Source of the DNA: the human T2T-CHM13v2.0 reference genome, Homo sapiens
DNA length: 64,000 nucleotides
Strand: one strand, 5' to 3'
Assembly: GCF_009914755.1 (NCBI RefSeq)
Contig: NC_060935.1
The position numbers were made by a program, and so were the translations under genes. Below the pieces are notes generated by a model that saw only the letters and a list, made by a program, of their open reading frames with translations, was not told where the DNA came from and searched no databases. Of the stretch, positions 16,703 to 34,516 are shown piece after piece; position 1 is the stretch's first letter, and every line of letters starts with the position of its first letter.

Positions 16703-16975
16703 CCAATGGTGCACTTTGCCACCACCTTTGGCAAAGAGGCCTTTGTCCAGACTCCTGGCCTCTTCCTTCTCCCTGAAGTGCTTTCTATTTCCTCCTCCTG
16801 TCTGGAAGGATCCCCCAAATAGCACATCTTCCTTTCACAATGAACTTCTTGGTTCTGGGTAGTGTGTCTCCTTCCCTGCAATGTCAGCTTCATGGTTCAG
16901 CCTTAATGGTGGAATACTGCAGAAGGAAAGAGGGTGTGGAGAGGCAAATTATTGAGAAGGAAGACACATCAGAAA

Positions 16976-17428
<453 letters not shown>

Positions 17429-17599
17429 TAAATAAATAAATGAAGATGTGAAATGATTACATTTGTCTTTGAGAGTGGCTAATTAATGTTTGTTTTTAAA
17501 AGGTTGAGCTTGGAGATGTGGAGACAAGAGCCTGGACTAAGGTTGTAAACTAAGGTGGTAATGATAATGGGATGGAGGTTTATTAAGAAGAATTGAGGT

Positions 17600-18960
<1,361 letters not shown>

Positions 18961-20196
18961 CAAAGAAAGAAAGAGAGAGAGGGAAAGACAGAAAGAACTG
19001 AGAGAACTTTTGACCCACTGGCTTGAGTGGCTGGGCAGGAGATGGAGTCATTCACCGAGAAAATAATTTCAAAGGAAGATTCAGGTTTGGGGGTGAACTA
19101 TGAAGACCTCCGTTCTGGATGGCTGAATTTGAACTGCTGTGGAACCCCCATGCAGTGAAGTCTGGGAGGCAGCTGATGTAGCTCTGAACCTCTGAGGAGA
19201 CTTCACTGAGCTTGAGGAGTCATCCACAATCTAGAAGACATTTGAAGCCATGAGACTAAGAAGATAGTGGAACAAGAGTGAATAGGGTGAAAAGAAACAA
19301 GGCCAAGGATGGAATTCTAGAAAATACCAGTATCTTCTCCCCCGATCCCTCTCCCTGTGTCTGCCTGGGAAATGTTTCCCCATTCACCAAGACTCACAGC
19401 CTCAGCTTTTGTGTCACCTTCTCTAGGAAGCCTTTTTGCCCTCATCAAGCGGGGTGGAGCACTCTCTCCTGTGGGTTCCCACAATGCCTTGCTTTCACTT
19501 AGGCTGTAGCACCTGTCACGTGGCTGTAACAATGTGCTTGTGTGTTTCTATCCCTCTCCCTCACCTCCCAGTACCTCCAAGGCCAGGGCTGGCTTCTAGC
19601 CATCGTTGAGTCCATGGTGCCCGGCACGGTGTTCAGTAAAGGTTTGTGGGGTGAGTGAATAACTGATGGAGCACTTTCTCTGAGGCTTGTGATGTAATCT
19701 ATATTTCACGTCCTTTTGGAAGGAGACTCTCTTGCCTGGGAGTATACTGCTTCTGGAAGAAGCTGTCTAGCCAGCCAAGTGAGAGTGACCTGCCTAAGAA
19801 ATAAGACCTGAACGCCGTGTCCTGGCTTTCAAAGTCTCCTGTGGGAAATAGCCATTCTTTTCTCCACTGCCTATTAAAATCCTAGCATTCCTGATCACCT
19901 CTCTCTTGAAAGAAATCGCTCCAACTCTCTTAGTTCCTCCTCTGATCTCTCTTGTGACACCTTAATCACATTCTACCTTCTCCGTATTTATATCCTATAT
20001 CATCTCCTCAACTGGACTTCAAGCTTCTGTGGCCATTTTAATTGCCATAGCACCTTGAGCATGCTAAGTAGATGCAGGTTCTCAGGAACAGTCACTGAAT
20101 GATGAAAGAGTCTATTTTATGAAATTCACAAAGTGCCTCGTCTTTTAGATAACTCGACAGTGGGAACTTTGCTGAAAACTCTGTTAAAGGGATCTT

Positions 20197-20830
20197 TGTA
20201 TCAGTTAGCTTTCACTGTGTAACAAACTACCCCAAAACTCAGTGACTTACAACAACAGCTTTTTATCACTATGTCTTGCCTTTCTTTGGGTTGACAAGGA
20301 GTATGCCGATCAAGTCTGGGCTTTAATGAGGGTCAGGGGTTCTGCTGATTTTACTAGGGTCACTCTGGCATCTTGAGGTTGCTTAGAGGTTCCTCTCTAG
20401 GCTGGGCTTGGCTAGGACACCTTGGTTGGGACAACTCTACTCTGCATATCTCTCATTCTCTTCCTATGATCAGTGAAGAAGCCCTCAATGTTCTTTTTTA
20501 GTTAATTTTTTTTTTTTTTAGAAAAAGCTATTGCTGTGTTGCCCAGACAGACCATTCTTAAACTCCTGACTCAAGTGATTCTCTTGCCTTGGGCTCATGA
20601 GTCGCCAGAATATTCTTCTTATGGCAATGGCAGAGGTGCTAGAGAACAGGCCGAATCACGTGAGCTCCTTTTAAAGATCCTGCTTCTCTCACATGTTTGC
20701 TAATATCCCACTTCCTGGGCAGGGAATTCCAACCTGCCCAGGGTGGGAGAGCACTGCAAAGTTACCTGGCAACGGACAAGGCTACAGAGAGGAGAAAAGA
20801 ACTGGGACCATTCACACAACCTACCACAGC
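20197..20830. mobile_element. Old MLT1 (MaLR) LTR containing an Alu monomer fragment (about 20505-20610)
   Basis: tgtatcagttagct...gtaacaaactaccccaaaactcagtgactta is an MLT1 end. Confidence 0.55.
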
Positions 20831-21255
20831 CTTCTTCCAAGTTTTGCCTTCAGTGGGCCAGATAAAGAGAACATTTGCTTTGTGCTCTCCGTTCACTCTA
20901 CAACTCTTCAAGGATTTGTCACTTTGGGGTGAATTTCATGCCACATTGAGTGAACTTTTGGGGTGTCACTCCCTCAGTGAACTTAGTGCCTTGCACGTCC
21001 CTCTGTTATAACATATTCTGCATGGCTCTATAGCTGGTTATTTGTGTGTCTGTCTCCTCTATTCTACTGGGAGCTCCTGTTTCGGTCCTAAGTATATATC
21101 AATAAACATCTCTTGAATGCTGTATAAATGACAGCACATTCCTGGCCTCCATGACCTTTCTGTTCTCTGACTTCCTCTACACATTTTTTGACCCTTCTTC
21201 TCATTTTCTGGGTATCGCTAGTTAATCTGTTATGTTTACAATTCGTCGTTTATAA

Positions 21256-21568
<313 letters not shown>

Positions 21569-24500
21569 ATCTTTTTACTGACCTATCAGACTCTAGTCAT
21601 TCTCAAAAGACTACATGGAGTACACATGCTGGGATATACTCTTTTCCCACTCTGTGTTCTGAAGGCAGTTTCGGGAAATCCTGCAGTTATGCCATCATGT
21701 TCGTTTGAATACTCTTGAGGGTGACAAATCTTTGCCTTGTTAAGGTAGATGGAATTTTTGGAAACAGCTAACAGTCATTTGGATCCAAAGCTGGTAACTA
21801 AGGTGGGTGATCAAGCTCGGTCATTCTGGGGACAAAATGAAATGTGGTCAGGAATAAATAAGCCGAAATTCTTTCATAGCTTTAAAGCTGTCCCCATGGA
21901 CAGCCTACAGGAGCCCCTGATGGAAGGAAAGATGATATTTTGTGAGCACATCTACCCACTCCCAAGGTGACTGTTTTGAAAGGGCCCATGCGCCACTGGA
22001 TGAGAACATTCTGATCTCATTTACTTTAGCTGTGGTTCTTATTCTTTTGAATCCTTTAATAATCTGATGAAAGCACTGACCCTCTTTCCAGAAAAATGCT
22101 TATGAGCTCATATTTTGCATATAATTTGAGGGAGCCCATGGACCCCGTGAAGCCAATCCAAGGATCCAAGGTAAGAATCTCTGTTTGGAATGAGCACACA
22201 AACTAGATTTAAGGCGCTCAAGAACAAGTATGGTTTTCTTAGTTTCTGCCCACACACCCCCACAATGAGCCCAGCCCAGGGCTATGACCTAACAGATTCT
22301 CCAGAAATAGTACGTGAACTACTTGTATGATCTTCTTCTCTCTGAGATTATTACTTTGTGGGCAAGATCCCTGTGGCCAGCTCCTCCACAGGGCCCCCTC
22401 TCAGCTTGGCAGTGCAGCCTGCACGTAGCGTGGCTTCTCAGAATGGCTACATTTCAACCTCAATAAGGTTCTTGCTTGGGAAGAGTCAGGAAAGAGCCTT
22501 GCAGTTCCAATTCAACTCAGGGGGTCAGGCCAGGAATGATCTTTCCTTTTGGCACACAAGGGCCAGGCCAGAGCAGCTTCAGAGTCTTTGGTGCCTCTTC
22601 GTTCAGGCACCATGTGCCCCTCCCCGCCAGCCTGTCTGAGAGCAGCCACAAGAGGGACCCATTTGTTCTAAAGGACCAGGAGTCTGGCTGTGATGGTGTC
22701 CCTTTGCCTTCATCCCCCTAACACCCACGCAGGCTCCCTGACCAGAGTGTTGAGCGCTGACTGTGGAGGGGGCAAGGCGTGGGGGTGCAGGGCTCAGGTG
22801 GCCACCAGCTGAGTCAGATTCTACCCCAGCCACCTGCTTCTATCCAGGCATAAGACCAGGACACCCTTGGGGCCCTGAACGGTCAGCCCCAATGCCTCTG
22901 AGCACCCAGGCCTTTTTCAAGGTGTACTGCAACCCCTCTTAACTGTTTCTTTTCTTTCTTTCTTTTTTTTTTTTTAGTTTATGGCAAAAGCAACCCAGGT
23001 TCAAAGGGGAAAATGAGAAAATTCTGACAGGCAAAGGACACCTGTAACTACCACTTCTCAAAGACAAACTCCAGCACCACGATCTGGGTATGTCCCGCCC
23101 AGTGCCTTCACGTCCTGCCCGGTGCCCTCAGAGGCCATCTTCCTCAGGAGGTTAACAAGAAACTGGGGAGACTATCAGGGAGAATGAAGGGAGTTTGTGT
23201 TGATGGGGTAGCTGGGCAGTTTATGTGCAAACTGGGGCCAGGGCAATCTCTCCACGGTTACGAGCCACAGGTGCCTAGAGGGAGAAATGAGAGATCTGGG
23301 GAGGCTGAGGAGAGGAAGTGAATGCACACTGAGCTATCCTACCCAACACTGTGTTGACAGGGGCTGTCCTCTTCATTCAACGCCACCATACTATGACTGG
23401 TATTATTCCTGCTTTACAGCCAAGGAAACTGAGACCCCGAGGAATGAAATGACTTCCCCAGGTCATGCAGCCAGAGTGATGGAGTCAAGAGCTGAAGCCG
23501 GGACTGTCTTGCTCCAGAAGCTGGCACTTTAACAAAACCCCTGGGGCCTCTCAGAGCAAGGGTCTGCCCTCAGGCTTGGAGAATGCAGCCCTACTCTGGC
23601 CACCCCCAGCTCTACATGCCCCACCTGCACCTACAGGATCCACACACATTGCAGAGTTTCCGGGACAACCCCAGGGTTAGACCTGTCATGCCTCCCGTCA
23701 GTCCCCATGTCGTCATCTCACAGCTCCTGCCCCTGAACTAGCCCTCAGGAGGCCAGGGAGGAGGGGTAGGCATGAGGGGAAGTCCTCATCAGATGCTGCA
23801 GTGAGGTGTCCACACCCCGGTCTCCCCCAGTGGCTCTGGAGAATGGGCCAACAGAGACTCTGATCGTCTTCCCCGGAAAGGGGCCTCCTGCTGCCCTTGC
23901 ATGCTGGGCAGACAGTTATGAGAACAGGCACGCCCCCCTCCGTTCCCACCTCCCTTTCTTAGGACACCTCTTCCCAGACTCGGCCTTGAGGCCCAGGGAG
24001 AGGCCTGCTTGGTTGCCAGGGCAACAGCTCCATTGTTCACATGAGGAGAGTTTAGTGCCAGGCTCCTCCATTCTTGGACCCGGCTCTCCCTACCATTTGT
24101 GAGCCTGGGGAGCTGTCAGGGGCTCATTCTACTCCTCAGGGCCTCTTTGTCACCTCAGGATGCAGAGGACGGGTGTGGGGGGACTGGCTAACTGGTCACC
24201 ATGCCAACATCACATAGTCCACATCCCTGAAAAGGAGGGGTACTCACAGCAGTGGGACATTCAGCAGTCCAGGGAACAGCTAGTCTGTTTCATGGCTCAC
24301 CTGCTCAAGAGCTCCGGCTCGGGTGCAGCCACAGCCTCAGGGTCCGCTGTAGGAGAGAATTATCCTAGCTTTCTCCTTTTTCACCAGTTTGCTCCATTTT
24401 TGCCTGGTTAAACAGAGCTCAAGGCTTAGGATTTCTTGTACCTGTCCTGGATTTCCTGGCCGTGGGAGAGGAGCCAGGCTGTGTCCTACCTGATCTGGGC

Positions 24501-25524
24501 CATTGTCTGTCATTCATTCCTTCATGCATTCACTCACTCTGACACTCTCATTCATGCAACAGCATTCACTGAAGTGACACAGGACCATCCTACAAGTTAA
24601 TATTATAAAATCACATTACACACGAGGACACGCTTACTCAAGAAGGTAAATGGTCCAAGGCACCCCAGATATTGAGTGTCAGAGGCAGGATCCAACCTCA
24701 GGTCTCCCCACCACTGACATTATCTTGACTATCGCTGTGCAAAATAATTGGATTGTTGACTGAAAATAAAGCCATTAAGGGCAGGGCATCTGGCACAAAG
24801 TAGCTGCTTAGTAAGCATTACAGTGAATGAATAAGCATATTCAGGGTAACTATGCGGTGTATTAGGGGCAATAACCTGGAAGACACCCATTCATTCATTT
24901 GTTACACTCGGTAAATAATTACCGAGGATTCTTTGTGCCAGGCACTATGCTGGGTGCTGGGGACATAAGAAAACAAGACAGCTATCTGGTTCCATGTCTG
25001 GTGAGAGAGACAAGTAAATTGCCCATTACAGTGCAGTGAGGTGACAGCAACAAGGAGGGAAGTCCAGGCATTGGGGAAGCCATCCCTCAACCTGGGGTCC
25101 ATGGCTGACTCAAAGTCAGAAGACTTTCAGGCTGATCTCAATGGCATTTCTCATATTCTGAAGCACTGAGTCATAGACCAGCTGAGCTGACATAGACCAG
25201 ACCATTCTTCTAGCTCAGTTTTCACCTGCCTTGGTCATTTCATGGACCACCATCCCCATTTTTGCCATATATATATATCCCACCCACTGTTATGTAACTC
25301 ATATTTTCCTTTACACTGACTCACTGAAAAAGGTGTTAAAAAAAAAGTATGTAAGATGGAAACTTTATATCACTACCAGTAATGGAAGACCAACTTATGC
25401 ATAAAATACACTCACTTCACACATAAAATACACTCACAAAACAGTGTTATTAAATTCTAGGGCAATAGCATTGCTGCGGCTGACCCTGATTCCAAGACCC
25501 ACTCTCTTCATTTAAAAAAGAAAT

Positions 25525-25820
<296 letters not shown>

Positions 25821-26617
25821 TGAGCAAATGTTAGTGAGATATTAGAAACATGCAGGCACCGAGTTGATCATTTCTCTTTTATTTGAAAGGTCTGAAAGAG
25901 AATTTAAAAAGAATGAACTATTTTTAGTGGGTGATTTAATGTTATTTAGGGGCTGTCATGGGGTGAGTCACACAACGTCATCTCAGGAGCTGCTCGGTCT
26001 ACGCCCACTCTTTGAGAAACACAGGTGAGCCCTGACCCCTCCCTGGACAGGTTACTGTGTCCCATGGAGGGGCTGGGGAGACTAAAGCACAGGTCAGGGC
26101 CTCCGGATGACCTCTGTGCAGTCCCTTGCATAGTTTTCTGTCCATCCCTGTGATCCTTTCCCTTAATAATAATAATAAGTGCTGTGGGCTCCACCATCAC
26201 GATCTCTCCACCCCAGCTGCCGGCTTCCCATCAGCACTGTTGGGTCTCTTCCCCCACCCACGTGCCTTCACATAGTGGTCTCCCCCTCAAGAGGGAATCC
26301 CCAAGGGCAGAGATTCCCCAGCCTTGCCTTTGTGCAATGCTCAGCAAGGCCTCAGCCACTGCAGTGACTCACTGGCCTTCTCCAGGATTCTGTGGCTGGT
26401 TGGCTTTTGATATTTTCCCTTCTAAGCACATTTCAAGAGGAGAAACAAGGAGGATAGCTTATGCATAGAGGAAGCAACATTTGAGTCTCCAAATCTTGTC
26501 TCCTTGCCACTCCCAATGCACATCCCTGTTGCTAGTGCCTGAGAGTGCACCATTAGTGCTTCATTCCCTTGCATTGAAGTATTATTCCAGTTAAAAAGTG
26601 ATTTAAGAGAAAATTTG

Positions 26618-26910
26618 CACTGGGCGTGGTTGCTCACACCTGTAATCCCAGCACTTTGGGAGGCTGAGGCAGGTGGATCACCTGAGGTTGGGAGTTTGAA
26701 ACCAGCCTGACCAACATGGAGAAACCCTGTCTCTACTAAAAATACAAAATTAGCCAGGCATGGTGGTGCATGCCTGTAATCCCAGCTTCTCAGGAGGCTG
26801 AGGCAGGAGAATCACTTGAACCCAGGAGGTGGACGTTGCAGTGAGCCTAGATTGCGCTGTTGCACTCCAGCCTGGGCAGCAAGAGTGAACTCTGTCTCAA
26901 AATAAAAAGA
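26618..26910 (+). mobile_element. AluSp
   Basis: Sp diagnostics ctgaccaacatggagaaacc and gaggttgggagtt. Confidence 0.88.
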
Positions 26911-27224
26911 GGCCAGGCACGGTGGCTCACGCCTGTAATCCCAGCACTTTGGGAGGCCGAGGCAGGAGGATCATGAGGTCAGGAGATCCAGACCATCCTG
27001 GCTAACACGGTGAAACCCCATCTCTACTAAAAATACAAAAAATTAGCCAGGCTTGGTGGCAGGCGCCTGTAGTTCTAGCTACTTGGGAGGTTGAGGCAGG
27101 AGAATGGCGTGAACCCAGGAGGCGGAGCTTGTAGTGAGCCAAGATCGCGCCACTGCACTCCAGCCTGGGTGACAGAGTGAGACTCCGTCTCAAAAAAAAA
27201 AGAAAGAAAGAAAAAAGAAAAAAA
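26911..27224 (+). mobile_element. AluY inserted in the A tail of the AluSp
   Basis: Y diagnostics gaccatcctggctaacacggtg and gaatggcgtgaaccc.gaggcggagcttg. Confidence 0.9.
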
Positions 27225-27490
27225 TTGCTTACTGTGCATTTGAATTCCATTGATGTGAAATGTCCAAAATAGACAGAGAGATAGAAAGTAGGTTTGTGGT
27301 TTCCTAGGATTAGGGGAGATGGCTGAAGGATACAGGATTGTTGGGATGGGGTTTTTTTGAAGTGATGATGTTTTATAATCAATTGTAGTGATGGTTGCAT
27401 AATTGTGTTAATACACTAAAAACCATTGAGTTGTACAGTTTCAATGGGTACATTGTATGCTATGTGCATTATGTCTTGATAAAGCTCTTA
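27225..27490 (+). mobile_element. Old L1M 3' end
   Basis: gaaagtagg.ttgtggtttcctagg...aaaaccattgagttgtac...aaagct. Confidence 0.55.
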
Positions 27491-27537
27491 GGAAGGGAAG
27501 GGGAAGGAAGGGGAGGGGAGGGAAGGGAGGAGAGAGG
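27491..27537 (+). repeat. Purine-only G/A tract (G-quadruplex/triplex-capable)
   Basis: ggaagggaaggggaaggaaggggaggggagggaagggaggagagagg. Confidence 0.8.
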
Positions 27538-28449
27538 CCTTCATCAGTCCTGTGATGGAAGACACTACTTCTGGTGCTGCTCCTTCCTGTCCCCTCATCA
27601 CCTGGAGACCTGCCCCTCTCTCTGTCATCCCTATCAGCCCATCTTTTAGTCCTTCCACTGATCCCTTTCTTTAACAACCATCCGAGCTGACACTCACTGG
27701 GTGTGGACTGTGTGGCTGGCACTGCACTAAGTGTTTTTCGTTTAGTTCCTCATTGAGTTCATTTGCTCACAAAGCTCACTAACAAAGGTCACCCTTTGCC
27801 CCAGTGCAGAAGGTTAGAAAGATCGGGGTACTTCTTGGCTTCCTATAGCTACTTCCAGGTCCCTCTACCAGCATGTCCTCCTCATAAAACCAGCTCATCC
27901 TCTGATGTCCAACCTGCACACCCTAATTCCTCTGTGTTGTCTGCCAGCCCACAGGATTCCTTCCAACCCCAACCTTCCTCCAGACTGTGCACACCAGATC
28001 ACTCATGAGATCCATCCCCACACTTTGCCCTGCTCTCACCTTTTCACATCCAGGCTGATAACTTATCAGCTTACAGTTCTCAGATCACCTCAGCACTTCA
28101 GCCAGCCAGAGGTGAGGCCACACCTGGACCTTGTCATCCTTCAGGGCTGCTCTGACCCTGAGATCTCAGGCTCCTGATTTTCCGATATCTTATACAATGA
28201 CCCAGCTTTCATTTTCCCCATCCATCCACTCATTGGAGCTCATTCTCTGATTTCAGGATATTTTTCCATCTAGTCCCCAGATCATTCCCCAGCATCACTA
28301 CTGCATTTGAACTCTTCTTCCCATTTGAAGTTAGGGTCCCTCTAAGAACTTGCTCCTCCTGTCTCACTATTAGTCATCTTTGCAACTCCTAGCTCTTCCA
28401 TTCCACTAGGCTTCCTTCTTAGCCTACAAAGATCTCTATTCTAAAAGTC

Positions 28450-28801
28450 TGTATTAGTCCATTCTCACGCTGCTGTGAAGAAATATCCAAGACTTATAAA
28501 GAAAAGAGATTTAATTGACTCACAGTTCAGCATGGCTGGAGAGGCTTCAGGAAACTTACAATCATGGTGGAAGGGGAAGCAAACATGTTCTTCTTCACAT
28601 GACAGCAGGAAGGAGAAGTGCTGAGCAAAACACGTAAAAGCCCCTTAATAAAACCCTCCGATCTCATGAGAACTCACTATCAGGAGGAACAGCATGGAGG
28701 GTAACCACCCCCATGATTAAATTCCCTCCCACCACATGTGGGGATTATGGGAACTACAATTCAAGTTGAGATTTGGGTGGGGACACAGCCAAACCATATC
28801 A
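28450..28801 (-). mobile_element. THE1-type MaLR solo LTR
   Basis: tgtattagtccattctcac...gggacacagccaaaccatatca with a perfect 5-bp TSD AAGTC (28445-28449 / 28802-28806). Confidence 0.9.
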
Positions 28802-28957
28802 AAGTCCTTTGTGAATTATTCCATCTAGCTCTCTGGTTTCCTTTGCCACTATACTTCATGTTAGAGTTCTGTTATTCTCTCTTCATAGAGCAGTTTTTGT
28901 CCTAATGTATCATCTGTGGTCACATGGAATAGAGTAGTTTTTTTAAAGGAATGGGCT

Positions 28958-31769
<2,812 letters not shown>

Positions 31770-32640
31770 GAGAAATGGCTTTGGCAGATCAAATGGTGAA
31801 AGCCATAGCAGAGTTCAACAGTCATGAAGAATATGAGGTCTATGAGGTAGGCTAGCTACTTCTAACCATCCAGGAGAGTTTAAAGTAATATAATAAAAAG
31901 CTCAGGGTTCTAAATTCATGGCTCAAAATACAGCCAGGAACCAGGGGTTTCCTATAATTGTCCTAAAAGAACATCTTATGATTGTCCTAAAATAATATCT
32001 TATCTCTTAGAGCTAGTGAGCTGATGTAGCTGAAAATTAGACACAGATTCTTATCTTATAGGTTGCTGATTTACAACATAGATTGAATTCATAGCCTCAC
32101 CAGATTTCATATGTGAAAATTAGAGCAATGATTAGGAAAGACCATTCCCAAAGATTAGAATGGTGACATTTAGGGGAACTCAGTTAATTCTGAAGACCCT
32201 TAATCCTTAACTCTACTAAGCTCTCTCACCAGTGGAAACAATTCCTCTTATCCTACCTGATGAAGATGGTCCTGCTTCCTGGTAGAAGACTTTATGACTA
32301 TTCTCCACCCCCACTGCTTTACACATCCTCCAGACCCATGACTAGAAACCATCTCTGTGCACAGGGAGCCAATTGTAAAGTTGTACCCAGACAATGCTTA
32401 CATGCCAAAACATGCAAATTTATATCCCAATTTAAAAACTGGAGAATAGGCATAGGAATATGTCCTAACCATGCTTGGGTAGGGAGAGAAGAGCATAAAA
32501 CTGAAACCTGGACTCTGTAATAGTCAAATGCAACTGAGATACCAAAATATTCCTATGTATAATGTAGAAGACTTCCAAAGATTTAGGGAGCTAGACATAT
32601 TGAATCTATCACATGTGACTGGCTTATCCTTGCTTTAACT
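31770..32640 (+). mobile_element. Decayed ERVL internal sequence (gag)
   Basis: 31775 onward reads MALADQMVKAIAEFNSHEEYEVYEVG*LLLTIQESLK*YNKKLRVLNSWLK. 32020 onward reads ADVAEN*TQILIL*VADLQHRLNS*PHQISYVKIRAMIRK. Both match ERVL Gag motifs (VGWLLL; AEIAENQTQ.LI.RVA.LQ..LNSQPRQVS.VKVRALIGK). Confidence 0.75.
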
Positions 32641-32649
32641 ACAAGCATA

Positions 32650-32800
32650 CAACCCTCACCCCCTGCCACCCCCCACCTTCAAGCCAGTCCCAGGGTCTAT
32701 TGTTCCCTTCTTTGTGCCCATGTGTACTCCATGTTTGGCTCCCACTTATAAATAAGAATATGTGATATTTGGTTTTCTGTTCCTGTGTTGATTTGCTTAT
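32650..32800 (-). mobile_element. Short L1P 3' fragment
   Basis: tgttcccttctttgtgcccatgtgtactc...gctcccacttata..taagaatatgtg.tatttggttttctgttcctgtgtt. Confidence 0.7.
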
Positions 32801-32969
32801 GGCGATGGAGTTAGCCTAATTCTTAGGGACCCTAGGATTTTTGGAATGATAAATGGGCATTGGCTTCAACTTAAAGTCACCAGCTGCATTATCACCTAAC
32901 AAGAGAGTCAGCTTGTTCTTTGAAGCTCTGAAGCCAGGCATTGACTCCTTCTCTCTAGCTATGAAACCC

Positions 32970-33361
32970 TGATATGGTTTGGATTTGTGTCCCTGCCCAA
33001 ATCTCATATCAAATTGTAATCCCCAGTGTTGGAGGAGGGGCCTGGTGGAAGGTGATTGCATCTTGGGGATGGTTTCTGATGGTTTAGCACCATTTTCCTA
33101 GTGCTGTCTCATGACAGAGTTCTCCAGACATCTGCTTGTTTAGAAGTGTGTAGCACCTCCCCCTTTGCTCTCTTCCTCCTCCTCCCCCTATTTAAGTTGT
33201 GCCTGCTTCCTCTTTGCCTTCCGCCATGATTGTAAGTTTCCTAAGGCTTCCCCAGCCATCCTTCCTGTACGGCCTGTGGAATGGTGAGTCAAATTTCTTT
33301 TCTTCACAAATTATCCAGTTTTAGGTATGTCTTTGTAGCAGTGCAAGAATGGACTAATACA
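32970..33361 (+). mobile_element. MST-type MaLR solo LTR inside Tigger1
   Basis: tgatatggtttggatttgtgtccctgcccaaatctcat...ggactaataca; 5-bp TSD aaccc / agccc. Confidence 0.88.
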
Positions 33362-33478
33362 AGCCCCTAGATGGTATCTTCTTCCAATAGAAGGCTGCTT
33401 CATCTCCATTGAAAATCTGTTGTTTAGTGTTAGCCACTTTCATGCATGATCTTAGCTAGATAACTTGCTGCAGCTTCT

Positions 33479-33632
33479 AAACCATCCCATGATCCAATCA
33501 CCTTCCACCAGGCCCCTCCTCCAACACTGGGGATTATAATTTGACATGAGATTTGGGCAGGGACGCAAATCCAAACCATATCAGGGTTTCACAGCTAGAG
33601 AGAAGGAGTCAATGCCTGGCTCCAGAGCTTCA
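33479..33632 (-). repeat. Inverted copy of 32921-33075 (Tigger1/MST junction)
   Basis: The reverse complement aligns to 32921-33075 with 7 substitutions and 1 indel over about 155 bp (hand alignment). Confidence 0.92.
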
Positions 33633-34516
33633 GAGCTTCTGTAGTTCGGCATCATCACTCGCTGTCAAACCCTTAACTTTTATGTTATGAATACAGCTTT
33701 TTTCCTTAAATCTCATGAACCAATCACTGCTAGCTTCCAACGTTTCTTCTGCAACTTCCTCACCTCTCTCTGCCTTCAGACAATTGAAGAGAGTTAGAGC
33801 CTTGATCTGGATTAGGTTTTGCCTTAAGCGAATTGTGTGGCTGGTTTGATCTTCTATGCAGGCCACTAGAACTTTCTCCATGTCAGCAATAAGGCTGTTT
33901 CACTTTCCCATTGTTTGTGTGTTAACTGGAGTAGAACTTTAAATTTCCTTCAAAAGCTTTCCCTTTGCATTCACAACTTAGCTAACTGGCACAAGAAGCC
34001 TAGTTTTTAGCCTATCTTGGCTTCAACATGCCTTCCTCACTAAGCTTAATTATCTCTAGCTTTTGATTTAAAGGGAGAGATATGCAAGTGTTCTAGAGGC
34101 CATCGCAGGTTTATTAACTGGCCAAATTTCAATTGTGTTGTGCTTCAGGGAATAGGGAGGCCAGAGGAGAGGGAGAGAGATGGCCAATTGATGAAGCAAT
34201 CAGAACACATAGAACACTTATCGAATAAGTTCGTCATCTTATATGGGCACAGTTCGTGGTGCCCCAAAACAATTACAACAGTAATATGAAAGCTCACTGA
34301 TCACAGATCACCATAACAGATATAATAATAATGAGAAGTTTGAAATATTGGGAGAATTAGCAAAATGTGACACAGAGACATGAAGTGAGCACATGCTGTT
34401 GGAAAAATGTTGCTGATAGATTGCTCGACACAGGGTTGACACAAACATTCCATTTGTAAAAGCACAATGTCTGCAAAGTGAAATAAAGCAAAGCAAAATA
34501 AAACAAGTTACATCTG

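Larger units (their letters stand above)
32812..34516 (-). mobile_element. Tigger1 (pogo/Tc1-mariner) DNA transposon fragment
   Basis: Minus frames give Tigger transposase ([34 protein letters not shown]; [30 protein letters not shown]). A TIR-like end aataaaacaagttacatctg is followed by TA at 34517. Confidence 0.85.

Noticed and set aside
25400-25437. 16-bp direct repeat cataaaatacactcac with a 6-nt spacer (also a 24-bp tandem near 31957-32004)
   Set aside because: Two-copy slippage duplications inside old repeats; no array or CRISPR-like organisation.
32816-33881. Transposase-like ORFs as a domesticated TIGD/CENP-B gene
   Set aside because: They are fragments of a Tigger1 copy broken by an LTR, an inverted duplication and stops.
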